Below, one piece after another: positions 26,021-36,530 of a stretch of 64,000 nucleotides of DNA. Each line of letters starts with the position of its first letter. The first letter of the stretch is position 1. The notes under the pieces were generated by a model, which saw only the letters and a list, made by a program, of their open reading frames with translations, searched no databases and was not told where the DNA came from. The position numbers and the translations under genes are program-made. This DNA comes from Sphaerodactylus townsendi (Eukaryota). Where the stretch lies: the NCBI RefSeq assembly GCF_021028975.2, contig NC_059431.1, positions 53,878,001-53,942,000 on the forward strand, in the 5' to 3' direction.

Positions 26021-28639
26021 TGCGTTGGCATCTATTTTTGCAGAAGAAGTACAATTACATACAAGCAGGATTCCAGATTTTTGACCATAATTCATTTTTT
26101 CAAGCAATCACATGCACTGGAACATCCACAGTTTTCTTCCCAACTTAACATTTATAAAGTGCTACTCTCTTTAAGCTCTCAGAGTACATTACATATATTT
26201 TCCTTAGAACATCCCTGTAATTTAGGCCAATATTTTTTCACCAATAATACAGATTAAAGGAGAGAGGGAAGATGGCTTTGTTAAGCCCATGCAGTTTCCT
26301 AACAATAGCTGAATTGTGAACCAGAGATTTCATACTCCTGATTCAAGCTCCTAAGCACTACCCTGGTGATCCCCAGCAATCAGATTATTTGTATTCCTAA
26401 ACATGCACAGAAGCAAAGAGAAAATGACTGCTGGGTTGTTATTCACTGAGGGCCCTTTGTCATTTGTGAGTGAAACATGTGTCAAGAACTTCTTGAAGAC
26501 TGACTATTATTCACTCAGATTGCACTGGCTTCAGGCTCCTTGTGTAATGTATGTCTTCAGTCCAGTTTCCTAAATAAAGAACACAATGGGAAATGTAACA
26601 TAAACATTGCCTTGTGAACCATTGTATTTGTGTCAGTTCAGGAGCACATACAAAGAATCTTCTGTAATGATGTATGAAGTTTGCAAGATATTTTGCAATC
26701 AACAGATATAAACAATGTACTCCTAGCAGTTACATATGGCTACAATGTTTATGACAAACCAAGCACAGAAATGGATTCAGTTTCCTGAGTATATGACAAA
26801 GAACTAAAAGCCCCGTGTGTCAAATAGCATTAGAGAATGTCAAATACCCAAACTGATTTTTTGTTGTTGTCAGTGAAACATTAGCCCTTATTGCTTTTAA
26901 AAAGAGGAAGGTTAAAAGGAAGGTTAAAAGGAGGGCACTGAATACTGATCTATCTCCAGCCTCGGGAAATTTCGTGACTGCTAAGAATAAAAATAAAGTG
27001 CAGAGGGTTTTTTGGTCAAGTATTGAAAAAGTCCAGGAGTTGAGAACAGAGAAATTATCCCATGGTTAGAGCTCTGAAAGAGAAGCTGGAACTTGCTCAT
27101 TGAACCCTTCCAGCATAAAATGTCTCAAGCCTCCACAGCAAATTTATTATCCTGATGTTAGGTGTGGAATTGCGGCTCTTGAGCAGTAGCTGCTCTGAGA
27201 CCAAGCTCTGCCAAGTTGGAGTTTGTTACCAGAATAACCATTTTGCTTAATGGGTGAGTTTGTGTCCTTGTACCTCAACATCTTGATTGCTCCTTTTCAA
27301 GCAGAGTTATTATTTTACTATAGGCTTTGAGAAAGGGAACGGGGGAACCTGACAGCACAGAGCTTCAAATAATTTCTGTCCTTTAATTTCTTTTCAGATA
27401 TTTTCTTGGACTACTTTCCTGTTTATCTATTTTAATTGAGTTATTAACTGATTCAAGGCAAGACAGTTAAATATTTAAGAGGCTTTAGCAGAGTCAGAGG
27501 AGCCCTTTCAACTTTGTAACTCATCTCCCACCTCTGCCAGGTCTGGACACCTCAGAGAAAATGAGGAATAGCAGAGCTACTCATAAATTATTCCAGTTAC
27601 TTTCTACAGTTTTCAGCTTCTGTCACTGTAGTGCAACCTTCAGATTGAGGGTTCCTGAACTGACAGTTCATATCCCTAGGTTGTTGGAACCAATTTGTAC
27701 TTTAAAAAATGAAATGTAGATATTTAGTTTGAAGTAAAATGTTGAAAGCAATGCCTGCCCCTTCTGACCTTCCACACCAGATCACCTACTGCCATTATAT
27801 GATTTGTTAAAAACAAACAGAATTCAGACCCACCTTTGTAGTTCATAGAAACACACCAGATTCCCTCTTTTTCTTCTCACCCTCCAATGTCAATGCTACA
27901 GCCTTTCAGAGAGTTTGTTGAAAATTGCTTCTAGATGGCAGCACTTCAGGCAGTGGGTATACTATTGGAAAGCCTCATTACTATAGTTGTTGATGCAAAT
28001 ATGTGAAGTGTCTCCATACTAGAACTGCACATCTTTGATTTACAGTTGATGCATTCAACTTAGTCGATGCAAGTGGTAAGGCCCATTTAAATACTGTGCT
28101 TGCCACATGTAATCCTGCCTTGAGGGAATGTTTTTCAGTGGCCTCCCCTTGCATACTGTAAAAATTTGACTCCTGATCTACAATCTCCCTTAGTTAGTTG
28201 CTGCTGTTCATTATATTCGATCTGTATGCCGCCCTTCCCCATTGTTACTCCTCTGCACCCTTTATCTATCCAGCTAGAGTTACTTGATTACTTCTGCATA
28301 TGTCAGTTGCTTGAGTTCTCTTAAAACCAGGTTGTGTAGCTTTCCTTCAGTTTGCAGTAGGCAGAAGAAATAATAAACAACTAATTCCTGAATGTTAATG
28401 TAGGTTGCTTGAAATTTGTTCCACGCAAGCAGGTGTCCCAGTCAGTTAACAGGTAATCTGGCTGACTGCATAAGCAAGGGCTCAGTTCCTTCAATACACT
28501 TGACACATGGGATTTTATTTTATATTTATAAGGGACCACTTGCAAACCACCAAGGAGCCAGAAGACAGGGATCTTCCACATTCACCCAATTTACAATATG
28601 TTAATATTTCCTCTATACTGAAGAAGAAGCAATACCAAG

Positions 28640-28711
28640 CCAGGCCATCCCTTGCCATGCCTTTCCATTCCTTGCCTTGCCTTGCCTTACGATGCCATGC
28701 CATGCCATGCC
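28640..28711. repeat. Pentamer simple repeat (CCTTG/GCCAT)n
   Basis: Directly visible degenerate 5-mer array. Confidence 0.8.
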
Positions 28712-29753
28712 AACTGAGAGGTTAGGGAATACGTGGAAAAATTTTTTACACAAATTTGATTTGTGATTTTATTTTAGTCAATCTGATGGATTAATTAAAA
28801 TCTATTTGATTTATTAAGAGAGGCCATTGATTAACTGGGCACCAGATTAATTTTTCTGCACAGATGTGTGTATATATAATTGTTTGAGCTTGTGTTTTGC
28901 AGTGTAATGTAGTGGAGCTCATCATCTTGGTTAGGAGCTGTTACACTCTAGTTCTATGCAAATGTTTATGTGTTACACTGAACATGTGCAGGAGGAAGTG
29001 GGATCATGGTTGCTGACCTTGCCCCTGACCTCCACATATTTATGTTTGCATGGAGTCCTGCGCATGTACATGAATATATACAGAGTCCCCACTTCATAAC
29101 TGAAACCCTTGTAACCCCCTACACCCACCCCTAATTAGTTACTGAATGGCCATGGCATGTGTTGACAGGAAGCAAACAGCAGCTCCCTGAGGCTTTTTCA
29201 AGTTCACAAAAATGGAGTTAGTGGTGGCAGCAGAAGACTATAGCATATTGCGTGCAGATGGTGAGACCCTTCTCCAGCAAATAATACACAAACAACGACA
29301 GGCTTGGAAAATGGATTGAGCTGCAGCCCAATTTATTAATTATTAACATAACTATATACATAGAAGCTGGGCAGCAAATGGGTCGCAACATCAAGCGATT
29401 CCCCAATCTCCATTGGGGCCACCTGCAGGAAGCTGGGAGCCCCAGGGGCGAACCCCCGGCTTCAACCCTTCCTGCTGCTGAGGAAGCGGGCACTGGAGAA
29501 GCCTACCGACTTGCCTACCAGCCCGCTGTTCTCCCAAGCTTGCTGGGGTGTCAGGCACCGGCTAAGCCTACCGGCTTGCCTACCGGCCCACCAAACACCC
29601 CGGCCCTTCTGCAGGAATGGGACAAGAATGGGACAAGACTGGCCACAAGAATGGGACAAGACCGGCCGCCTGGCTCGGCTTCTCCCCCAGATGTTGCGAC
29701 TCCCGTTGTCAACCCGCCATGAGCTGACCCCCTGCAGCTCTCACCCAAGCTTC

Positions 29754-30347
29754 TCAAGCCTGAGCAATTTGGAGAAGGGTATGCCTGATGGACTGCAGCC
29801 AGAGGTCCATCCCCCACTGGGAAAGGTGAACACCGTCGGACAAATACAGTTCGTGGAGCTCATGCTGATTATCGAGGTGATCGGCCACTGCACCCCCCAG
29901 AGACAAAACAAGCTTGGCCGCCGCCTTGTCCACCTTGCGACTTGCCCGGTCCACTTTGTTGGGCTTTTCTGCATCTCTCCAGAGGATCCTCTGTAAGAGC
30001 CGTGACCAAACCAGGATGGTCCCGGGGAGCCGTTGGTGAAGTGTTCTCAGCCGCCGTCCACCTTCCACAGCAGCTGCAGACCAGACATGGCCGGCTAGTC
30101 GTTCTTGCCAAGTTATATCACCAGCACGTCCAGGCGGCCACAGTGGAACACATAATTGAAGACCGAGTACTGGAGGTCATCCCATTGCATGCCGCCCTGG
30201 CCAAGCCATGCGATGCACATCACTGGGTCTAAGCCAAGGTTCTGGCCCCAGCCGGAGGAAGATGCATACCTGCTTGCCCTTTCAACCACGCTGTGTCCCA
30301 TGATCCACACCCACCAGATGGCAGTCTGTGGCACCGCTGCGGCACCG
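29754..30347 (-). pseudogene. SGNH/GDSL hydrolase (esterase) ORF of the Ngaro element, disrupted
   Basis: Block I VWIMGHS, block II WLGQGG, block III DVLVI*LGKND, block V DGVHLS. Contains in-frame stops and a frameshift near 30050. Confidence 0.8.
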
Positions 30348-30362
30348 CTGCAAAGTGAGGAA

Positions 30363-30500
30363 TCAACAAGATAAATGAGGACGAACGTAAGCCCGAAATG
30401 CACCTGAACGCCACCTGCCCACAGCCTGAATCTCCTCTGGGGCCCTGCCCTCCTGTGCTGCAGAGGTGGCTGCTCCTATGCGGAAAGAGTGGAGTTGGAA
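30363..30500 (-). pseudogene. Tyrosine recombinase C-terminal fragment
   Basis: Translates FQLHSFRIGAATSAAQEGRAPEEIQAVGRWRSGAFRAYVRPHLSC*, with the HxxR, GRW and catalytic Tyr motifs. Confidence 0.9.
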
Positions 30501-30917
30501 AGGTGGCTGCTCCTATGCGGAAAGAGTGGATCCTCACTGGGATCACAGCCTTTTAATCAGCGTCCGAAACAACAGTCCAGCTTCTTCTTGGTCCAATGCT
30601 CGAAAACTCGTGGACGATAGCACCACGCCATTCCTGAGTCTCAGCAGCCAAGAAGGCTGAGCTCAGGGTGTGGGGTCCTTTATACCTTGGCTCCTCCCAC
30701 CTTTTAGGCTTGGAGCCAATCAATGCAGATCCCTGCAAACTTTCTAATAGGCATTGCCTCTTGCAAGCAACCACCCTTTGCCTGTTTTGCTCACCACAGC
30801 CGCAATGGCTGCCCCCATTGAGTCGGTTGCTGCTATTTGTCGAAGGCTTTCATGCCCAGATTCAACTGGTTCTGGTGTGTTTTCTGGGCTGTGTGGCCGT
30901 GGTCTGGTGGATCTTGT

Positions 30918-30959
30918 TCCTAATGTTTCACCTGCATCTGTGACTGGCATCTTCAGAGG
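30918..30959 (-). ncRNA. Minimal type I hammerhead ribozyme motif (PLE-associated)
   Basis: - strand reads cct-CTGAAGA-t-gcc-(13 nt)-ggt-GAAA-catt-agg: CUGANGA and GAAA core boxes, stem I cct/agg, stem II gcc/ggy. Confidence 0.7.
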
Positions 30960-31018
30960 TGTACCACAGAGGGAAGTCTGTTACACCTAATGTGTAACAG
31001 ACTTCCCTCTGTGATACA

Positions 31019-31060
31019 TCTCTGAAGATGCCAGCCACAGATGCAGGCGAAATATTAGGA
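31019..31060 (+). ncRNA. Minimal type I hammerhead ribozyme motif (PLE-associated)
   Basis: tct-CTGAAGA(31022-31028)-t-gcc-...-ggc-GAAA(31049-31052)-tatt-agg. Confidence 0.7.
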
Positions 31061-32375
31061 ACAAGATCTGCCAGACCACAGCCACACAGCCCGGAAAACC
31101 CACCAGAACTATAGCATATGTTCAGAGGACTATAGCATATGTTCATACAGAATATAGCCCTTGCAAACTTGAAATTTCCAGAGTATATGTGATACTTCAC
31201 AGTCATATGTGGTAACTTCACAGTCATAAGAACTTTGTATTGTGTGAATTAGCCCAGCCTGTGGAATCTGATATAGACTGATCCCTGTAGGAGTGCCTCT
31301 TTTACTCTATCTGTGCTATGCATATTAAACTTCAAATGGTACTTTTAAAAAATTAAAATTCCAGTGTACTTGCCTCCAAAGAACCGGTCAGGAAGCACTG
31401 CCCATGGAATGTCTCACCATCTGGAAAAAGGGGGGGGGGGGTGTTATCCAAATTGATCTACACATGTCAGGGCCATAATGTGCAAAGGTATCTCCTTGCT
31501 AGCCCAGAGCAAACCTGTGTACTTTGGGTACTTTAATATACTTGGGATCTTAAACCTGTGTATACCAAAGACCAACAGTGGGAAAAATGAGGACAGGAAG
31601 AGTGTTTTCTTTTATAAACAGAAAAAAACAGACCAAATTAATCTATGCAAGTAGAAAAAGAGCAATGAAAATTGCAGAAAGGCAAAAGCAATGTGGTGAA
31701 TGACACACAAAACCTTTCCTTAGAAAACTGCCAACTTACTAAAGAATAAAACTAAAAGGAGCAGACCTTGTGGATCAATTTACAAGAAAAAAACATGTTT
31801 ACAGCAAACTTACAGGTTTCATCTGAGCCACATTTGTCTTCCTTTCCTTGCAGGTACTTAAAGCCTGGGAGACTGGAGGCATGAACACTTGGACTAGAGC
31901 CAGATGATTGGCCCATAGCTTGCAGCCTTGTCAAGTCAAAACCAGCTAAAGAGCTATTTTCTTTGTTTGTTCTTTGATAGCCCAACCCAGTTCCTGAGGG
32001 CACCCAGCCCCCCCCCCCACACATCTGAATTGGGCTGCCCATGTTTTATTTGAAAAAATTGCATGGTGGTAGTTTCCTGTACATCTTTTTGGGAAGAAAA
32101 GTAGCATTGAAATGTCATAAATAAAAATTCATGTACATTTTCTTTTAAAAAAATACCCAACAATTTCATACTGACTGACAGCTAACTAGTTTTCTTTAGA
32201 ACTTTCTTTACGTGATCATCTATCCTGGCCTTGCTGATTCACTTTGGATACTGCTGGAGTAATACAGACAGTAAATTTGCAACTGCAGTTTTTGGAAAGA
32301 ATCTGGCAATTCTGAAACAGTTCCTTTCAAAATGTGTAGAACAAAATGTGTAGAAATGTGTAGAACAACTCACAG

Positions 32376-32655
32376 GGCCTTTTCCCACTTTCGTCCTTCC
32401 CCTCTATGCCGCGCGCTGCTCTCAGCGCGCAGCATCCCAGGCGCGCGCCCGGCCGTCCCCACGACCCCGCGCTCTGCGCGGGGCCATCAAAAGGCGCCTT
32501 TGAGAAGAGCACCTGGGATGCTGCGCGCTGAGGGGCACGACAGCAGCAGCTTCGGGGCGGCTGCGCTGTCGCCGCCCCTCTCAGTGGGGAGTGCCGAGGA
32601 ACCCCGCGCTACTCTCCTTGAGTAGCGCAGGGTTTAAGGGAAGTGGGGAAAGGCC
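32376..32655. mobile_element. Young, CpG-rich Harbinger-like MITE
   Basis: TIR GGCCTTTTCCCACTT / AAGTGGGGAAAGGCC; internal inverted repeat ctcagcgcgcagcatcccagg / cctgggatgctgcgcgctgag; CpGs not decayed. Confidence 0.75.
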
Positions 32656-33025
32656 TGCAAGTTAAACCACACCTTCTGTTCTGCTAATTGAGTCCCCGTT
32701 TCCTTCTGATTTTTTACTGTTATAATCATATCCAATTCATCATTTCCATGAAGCATCATAACCAATTGACTGTGCAGTAAACATGCTATAAATATAACAA
32801 GGTAATAAAATAATTTCACTGTCTAATAATTAGCACAGGGCTCTTTATATACTAAATCTTACAAGAGACTCTGATTTCATGACTCCAGCTTCATCTGCCC
32901 AAACAAAAAATGTTGACCTTAGTAAATTTACATCAAAAGTCCTCCTCCTTCCTATTCCACTTTCACTGCTAAGAAAATAGCTGGTATAAGAAAAGGAATC
33001 AGGATAGAGAGATTGGAGGAACTCT

Positions 33026-34064
33026 GACCTGTTCCACACAGGCCTCGCAAGTGGGGGTGCACCTTCATGCTTGACACTGGTGCACCACCCAGGACCATTC
33101 GTATGTTACCCTACGAATGGCCCCAATGTCCCTGTGGCCCACGGGGCCTTTGCATGGGGCCTGCTGACTCAGATCCCCTCTTACCTCCATTCAGCTGCCG
33201 TCGCCCTGCAGAGGCCAGGGGATACACCCCCATGGCCATGGCGATGCCTCTGGAGTCGGAGACCCGGAGGTGTGTCCCCTGGGCTCTGCAAGGCAACCGC
33301 AGCTGGGAGAAGGTAAGAGGGGAACTAAAGCGGTTCAGGGAAAACAGTGGCGTTCACTCAGCACTGGGTAGATGTTGCCATTTTTCAAAAGTCTCGCTCG
33401 GCTGTTCTGTGCTGGCCAAAGTCATTGGTGTTGGCCCAGAAAAAAACACAGTTTGGGTGGGTGGGGGGGAGGAACTGCACAAATAGAGGCAACACCACTC
33501 TTTTTACCCCCCCCCCCATGGTGTTTTTGCTTGTTGAGTGAGGCTTTTAGAAAATAGCGGCTTCCACCCGGTGCAGAGCAAACGGCACTGGGTGGAAAGG
33601 CGCCATTTTGTGCGCCTCCACTTTTGTTATTAAAACTTACCCCCTCTTCCTGCGTTGCTCCATAAGGACAATGGGACATGCCTCCTGTCCTCTGGTCCCC
33701 AGGGCATTGCCAGGGCTATGGGGGTGTGTCCCCTCATCCTGACAGAGCGACGCAGGAAGATGGGGTACATTTTAAAAACAAAAGCAGCACACCTCATGCA
33801 GAGGCACTGATGTGGGAGCACTGGGGCCACAAATGCACAACTTTGTAAACAGCCCCAGGCCAGCGCCAGTGTCATGTACACCTGTGATCCAGTGCTCCTG
33901 GAGCCAATGCAGAAATGGCCTTTGAATGAGTCAGAAAAATGCCGTTGTGGGGGAGGTGGGCTGATGTGGCTTCGCTCCAGCTGCGGCTGCTGTGCAAAGT
34001 CCTCCCACACAATAGTGTTTTTACTGGCCTCATGGTGGTCTTTATGGCTTATGCAGAACAGGCC
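33026..34064. mobile_element. Harbinger-like non-autonomous element with internal inverted repeats
   Basis: Imperfect termini GACCTGTTCCACAC / ATGCAGAACAGGCC. Internal inverted pair ~33213-33278 vs ~33673-33734. Confidence 0.5.
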
Positions 34065-34094
34065 ACAGTGTACAATGTTGCTAATACTCAATAT

Positions 34095-34284
34095 AGGGCG
34101 ATTCCCCACCGGCAGATTTCACCTAGGTTCGACCCGGTTCCTGTAAACTAGGTCGACTCAGGGCGATTCCCCACTGGCAGATTTCACCTAGGTTCGACCC
34201 GGTTCCTGTAAACTAGGTCGACTCAGGGCGATTCCCCACTGGCAGATTTCACCTAGATTTGACCTGGGTCCTGTAAACTAGGTC
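34095..34284. repeat. 65-bp tandem repeat, ~2.9 copies
   Basis: Unit agggcgattccccactggcagatttcacctaggttcgacccggttcctgtaaactaggtcgactc starts at 34095, 34160 and 34225. Confidence 0.95.
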
Positions 34285-34914
34285 AAATAGTCAATCAATC
34301 AAAATGCTACAACCAAGAGTGGAATCTTGAGAACTTCTTCAGGTGCATTTGAGACTTTATGAATACCCAATGGGAAAGTGTGATTTTTTTGGTCACTACT
34401 ATGCCCACTATTGCACCACAAATTGTGTTAGACATTTATTCAAGTTTCCAGAATTGTTTGCTGAGCAGGAAGCCCGGTACCTACCTTACTTTCCAATAGG
34501 TGCCATGCCAACACATTTCTTTTAACCAAGGCTTTTAAATAAGAGGTGTGCTCTTTTTTGCTGGTCTTATGATCAGCTTCTAGCTTGAAGACTTTTATCG
34601 GTATTGTTTTAAGTTAACCAGTGTTTGTTATGTGCCATTTTATGTTTTTTAAATAGCTTTGAATTGTATTCAGTGGATTCTTTCTAATGGTTTTGGGTTT
34701 TTCTAATGGCTATTTGGCTTCACTTCATTGTTTTATATGTAAACCACCTCAAGCAGTTCTTGAGGAGTATTTTTTACATGAATGAAAGTGTATGCCGATA
34801 AATGCTGCTGTTGTTGTTGATACATGAATGAATCAACGAATACATGAAATTATGTGTATTATGTGTATTATACAAACAATGTATAAATGTTGTAATTTAT
34901 TTGTGAGGCTAACC

Positions 34915-35062
34915 CAGGGGTAGGGAACCTGCGGCTCTCCAGATGTTCAGGAACTACAATTCCCATCAGCCCCTACCAGCATGGCCAATTGGCCATGCTG
35001 ACAGAGGCTGATGGGAATTGTAGTTCCTGAACATCTGGAGAGCCGCAGGTTCCCTACCCCTG
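34915..35062. mobile_element. 148-bp palindromic hAT MITE
   Basis: Near-perfect hairpin CAGGGGTAGGGAACC...GGTTCCCTACCCCTG, centre GGCCAATTGGCC, TSD GGCTAACC. Confidence 0.92.
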
Positions 35063-35085
35063 GGCTAACCGATGAATGGCTAGAC

Positions 35086-35233
35086 CAGGGGTAGGGAACC
35101 TGCGGCTCTCCAGATGTTCAGGAACTACAATTCCGATCAGCCCCTTTCAGCATGGCCAATTGGCCATGCTGAAAGGGGCTGATGGGAATTGTAGTTCCTG
35201 AACATCTGGAGAGCTGCAGGTTCCCTACCCCTG
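35086..35233. mobile_element. 148-bp palindromic hAT MITE (second copy)
   Basis: Same family, with its own TSD GGCTAGAC (35078-35085 / 35234-35241). Confidence 0.92.
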
Positions 35234-36292
35234 GGCTAGACTATATGAATAATTTGTTTATTGAAGGAAGTTGTCTTAATATCTGTGGAAACTGCTGCCA
35301 GGATATTATAGGTTCCTTTGCCAGGAGTTTGTTATTATGTGACCTGCATTTTTTGCCAGCAGAATTTATTTTAAAAGCATATAAATAAAGTAATGAGCTG
35401 GATGATGTGAAGAGTAGCTACAGAGATGTGTGCCCTTGGTCTGATTTCTCCTTTTGACTTTTATAATTCTGTTGCAGAAGAGAGGACAAAGAGACTGATC
35501 ATTCCCTCCACACACACTCCAGTTAGGGTGGAGGCTATTCTAATTCTATAATACTGCATTTTAAATCAATTAATTGATTCCTTAATTGAGCTAAGCACCA
35601 CTATTAATAAACCAAAGGTCTATAATCAATTCACTGTCCCACTTTATTTTGCAGACATTAGTTATCAGCCCAAGCCTTACAAATTGCTTACGCAAGGTTT
35701 CTTATGCTAGCTAGCCATTTAGGAGAGAGGAGAAAAGGGCAACAGGAAAGGATTAAATACAGCTGAAGTAACTCCCTAAGGCTATGAACCCTTTATATTA
35801 GGACCAATCAAAATAGCTCAAAACAGCATGTGAGTTTTCAAGTTCTTGCACATTGTTGTACGTGTGTTTTGGTAGATCCTGAAGAAAGGGTATTACAAAG
35901 CTCTTGTTTTTTGCTTGGATCATGACCCAAGAGACATGTGGAACTGGCAGCAGAACAGTCTGCCCCCATGGTTATTTTCTTCTAGCAAATGGCATGGAGT
36001 GGAAGGAAGGGAGTGTTAAAACCCCTCCTGCAGTCACGCTGTACTCAGGAATCAATTTTCCCTCAATTCTGGTTCACACATTAAAGCATAAGTTGGGTGG
36101 GCATTTCCCCCAACCCAACTAATTTTTCAGACCCCAAGATGCCCCTGTGAAAAACAGTTTCTCATTCTACAAGTACTTGTATGCAGGAGTTTACCTGTGG
36201 GGTTTTCCCCCAAAACCAATGGATAAATTCTTTGACCACTTGTGTTGGCATGGAGAAAAATGCACAGTTCCTTGGTGACCTTTTCCATTTGA

Positions 36293-36530
36293 ATTTATTT
36301 ATATTTATTTTATTTTAATTCACTTGTACCCGGCCATTCTCCCCAATGGCAAACCAAAGCAGCTTGCAGTATTTTCCTAATATTTGTTTCAACCTCACAA
36401 TAACTCTGTAGGGTAGGTTAGGCTGACTAGCCAGGGATCACCCAGTGAACTTTCATGGCACAAGTAGGGATTTGAATGCAGCTATCCACAATACTAGACC
36501 AAAACTCTTAACTACTACACCATATTGGCT
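36293..36530 (-). mobile_element. tRNA-derived SINE (old copy)
   Basis: - strand head agccaatatggtgtagtagttaagag (A-box-like), CORE-like ctgggtgatccctggctagtca, AT-rich tail. Confidence 0.7.

Larger units (their letters stand above)
29249..30830 (-). mobile_element. Ngaro-type (DIRS order) tyrosine-recombinase retrotransposon remnant, lacking gag/RT/RNase H
   Basis: YR C-terminus immediately followed by an SGNH hydrolase ORF, then a GC-rich 3' region with AATAAA (- strand, ~29332-29337). YR followed by a hydrolase is the known organisation of tetrapod Ngaro elements. Confidence 0.8.
30836..31109. mobile_element. Penelope-like element (PLE) terminal repeats in inverted orientation
   Basis: 118-bp arms 30869-30986 and 30992-31109 are reverse complements around a CTAAT spacer. 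The sequence gaagatgccagccacagatgcaggcgaaa is typical of squamate PLE pLTRs and recurs at 54865-55184 and 56174-56296. Confidence 0.8.

Noticed and set aside
34095-34284. CRISPR-like regular repeat with internal palindromes
   Set aside because: Units are contiguous with no unique spacers, and the context is vertebrate DNA.
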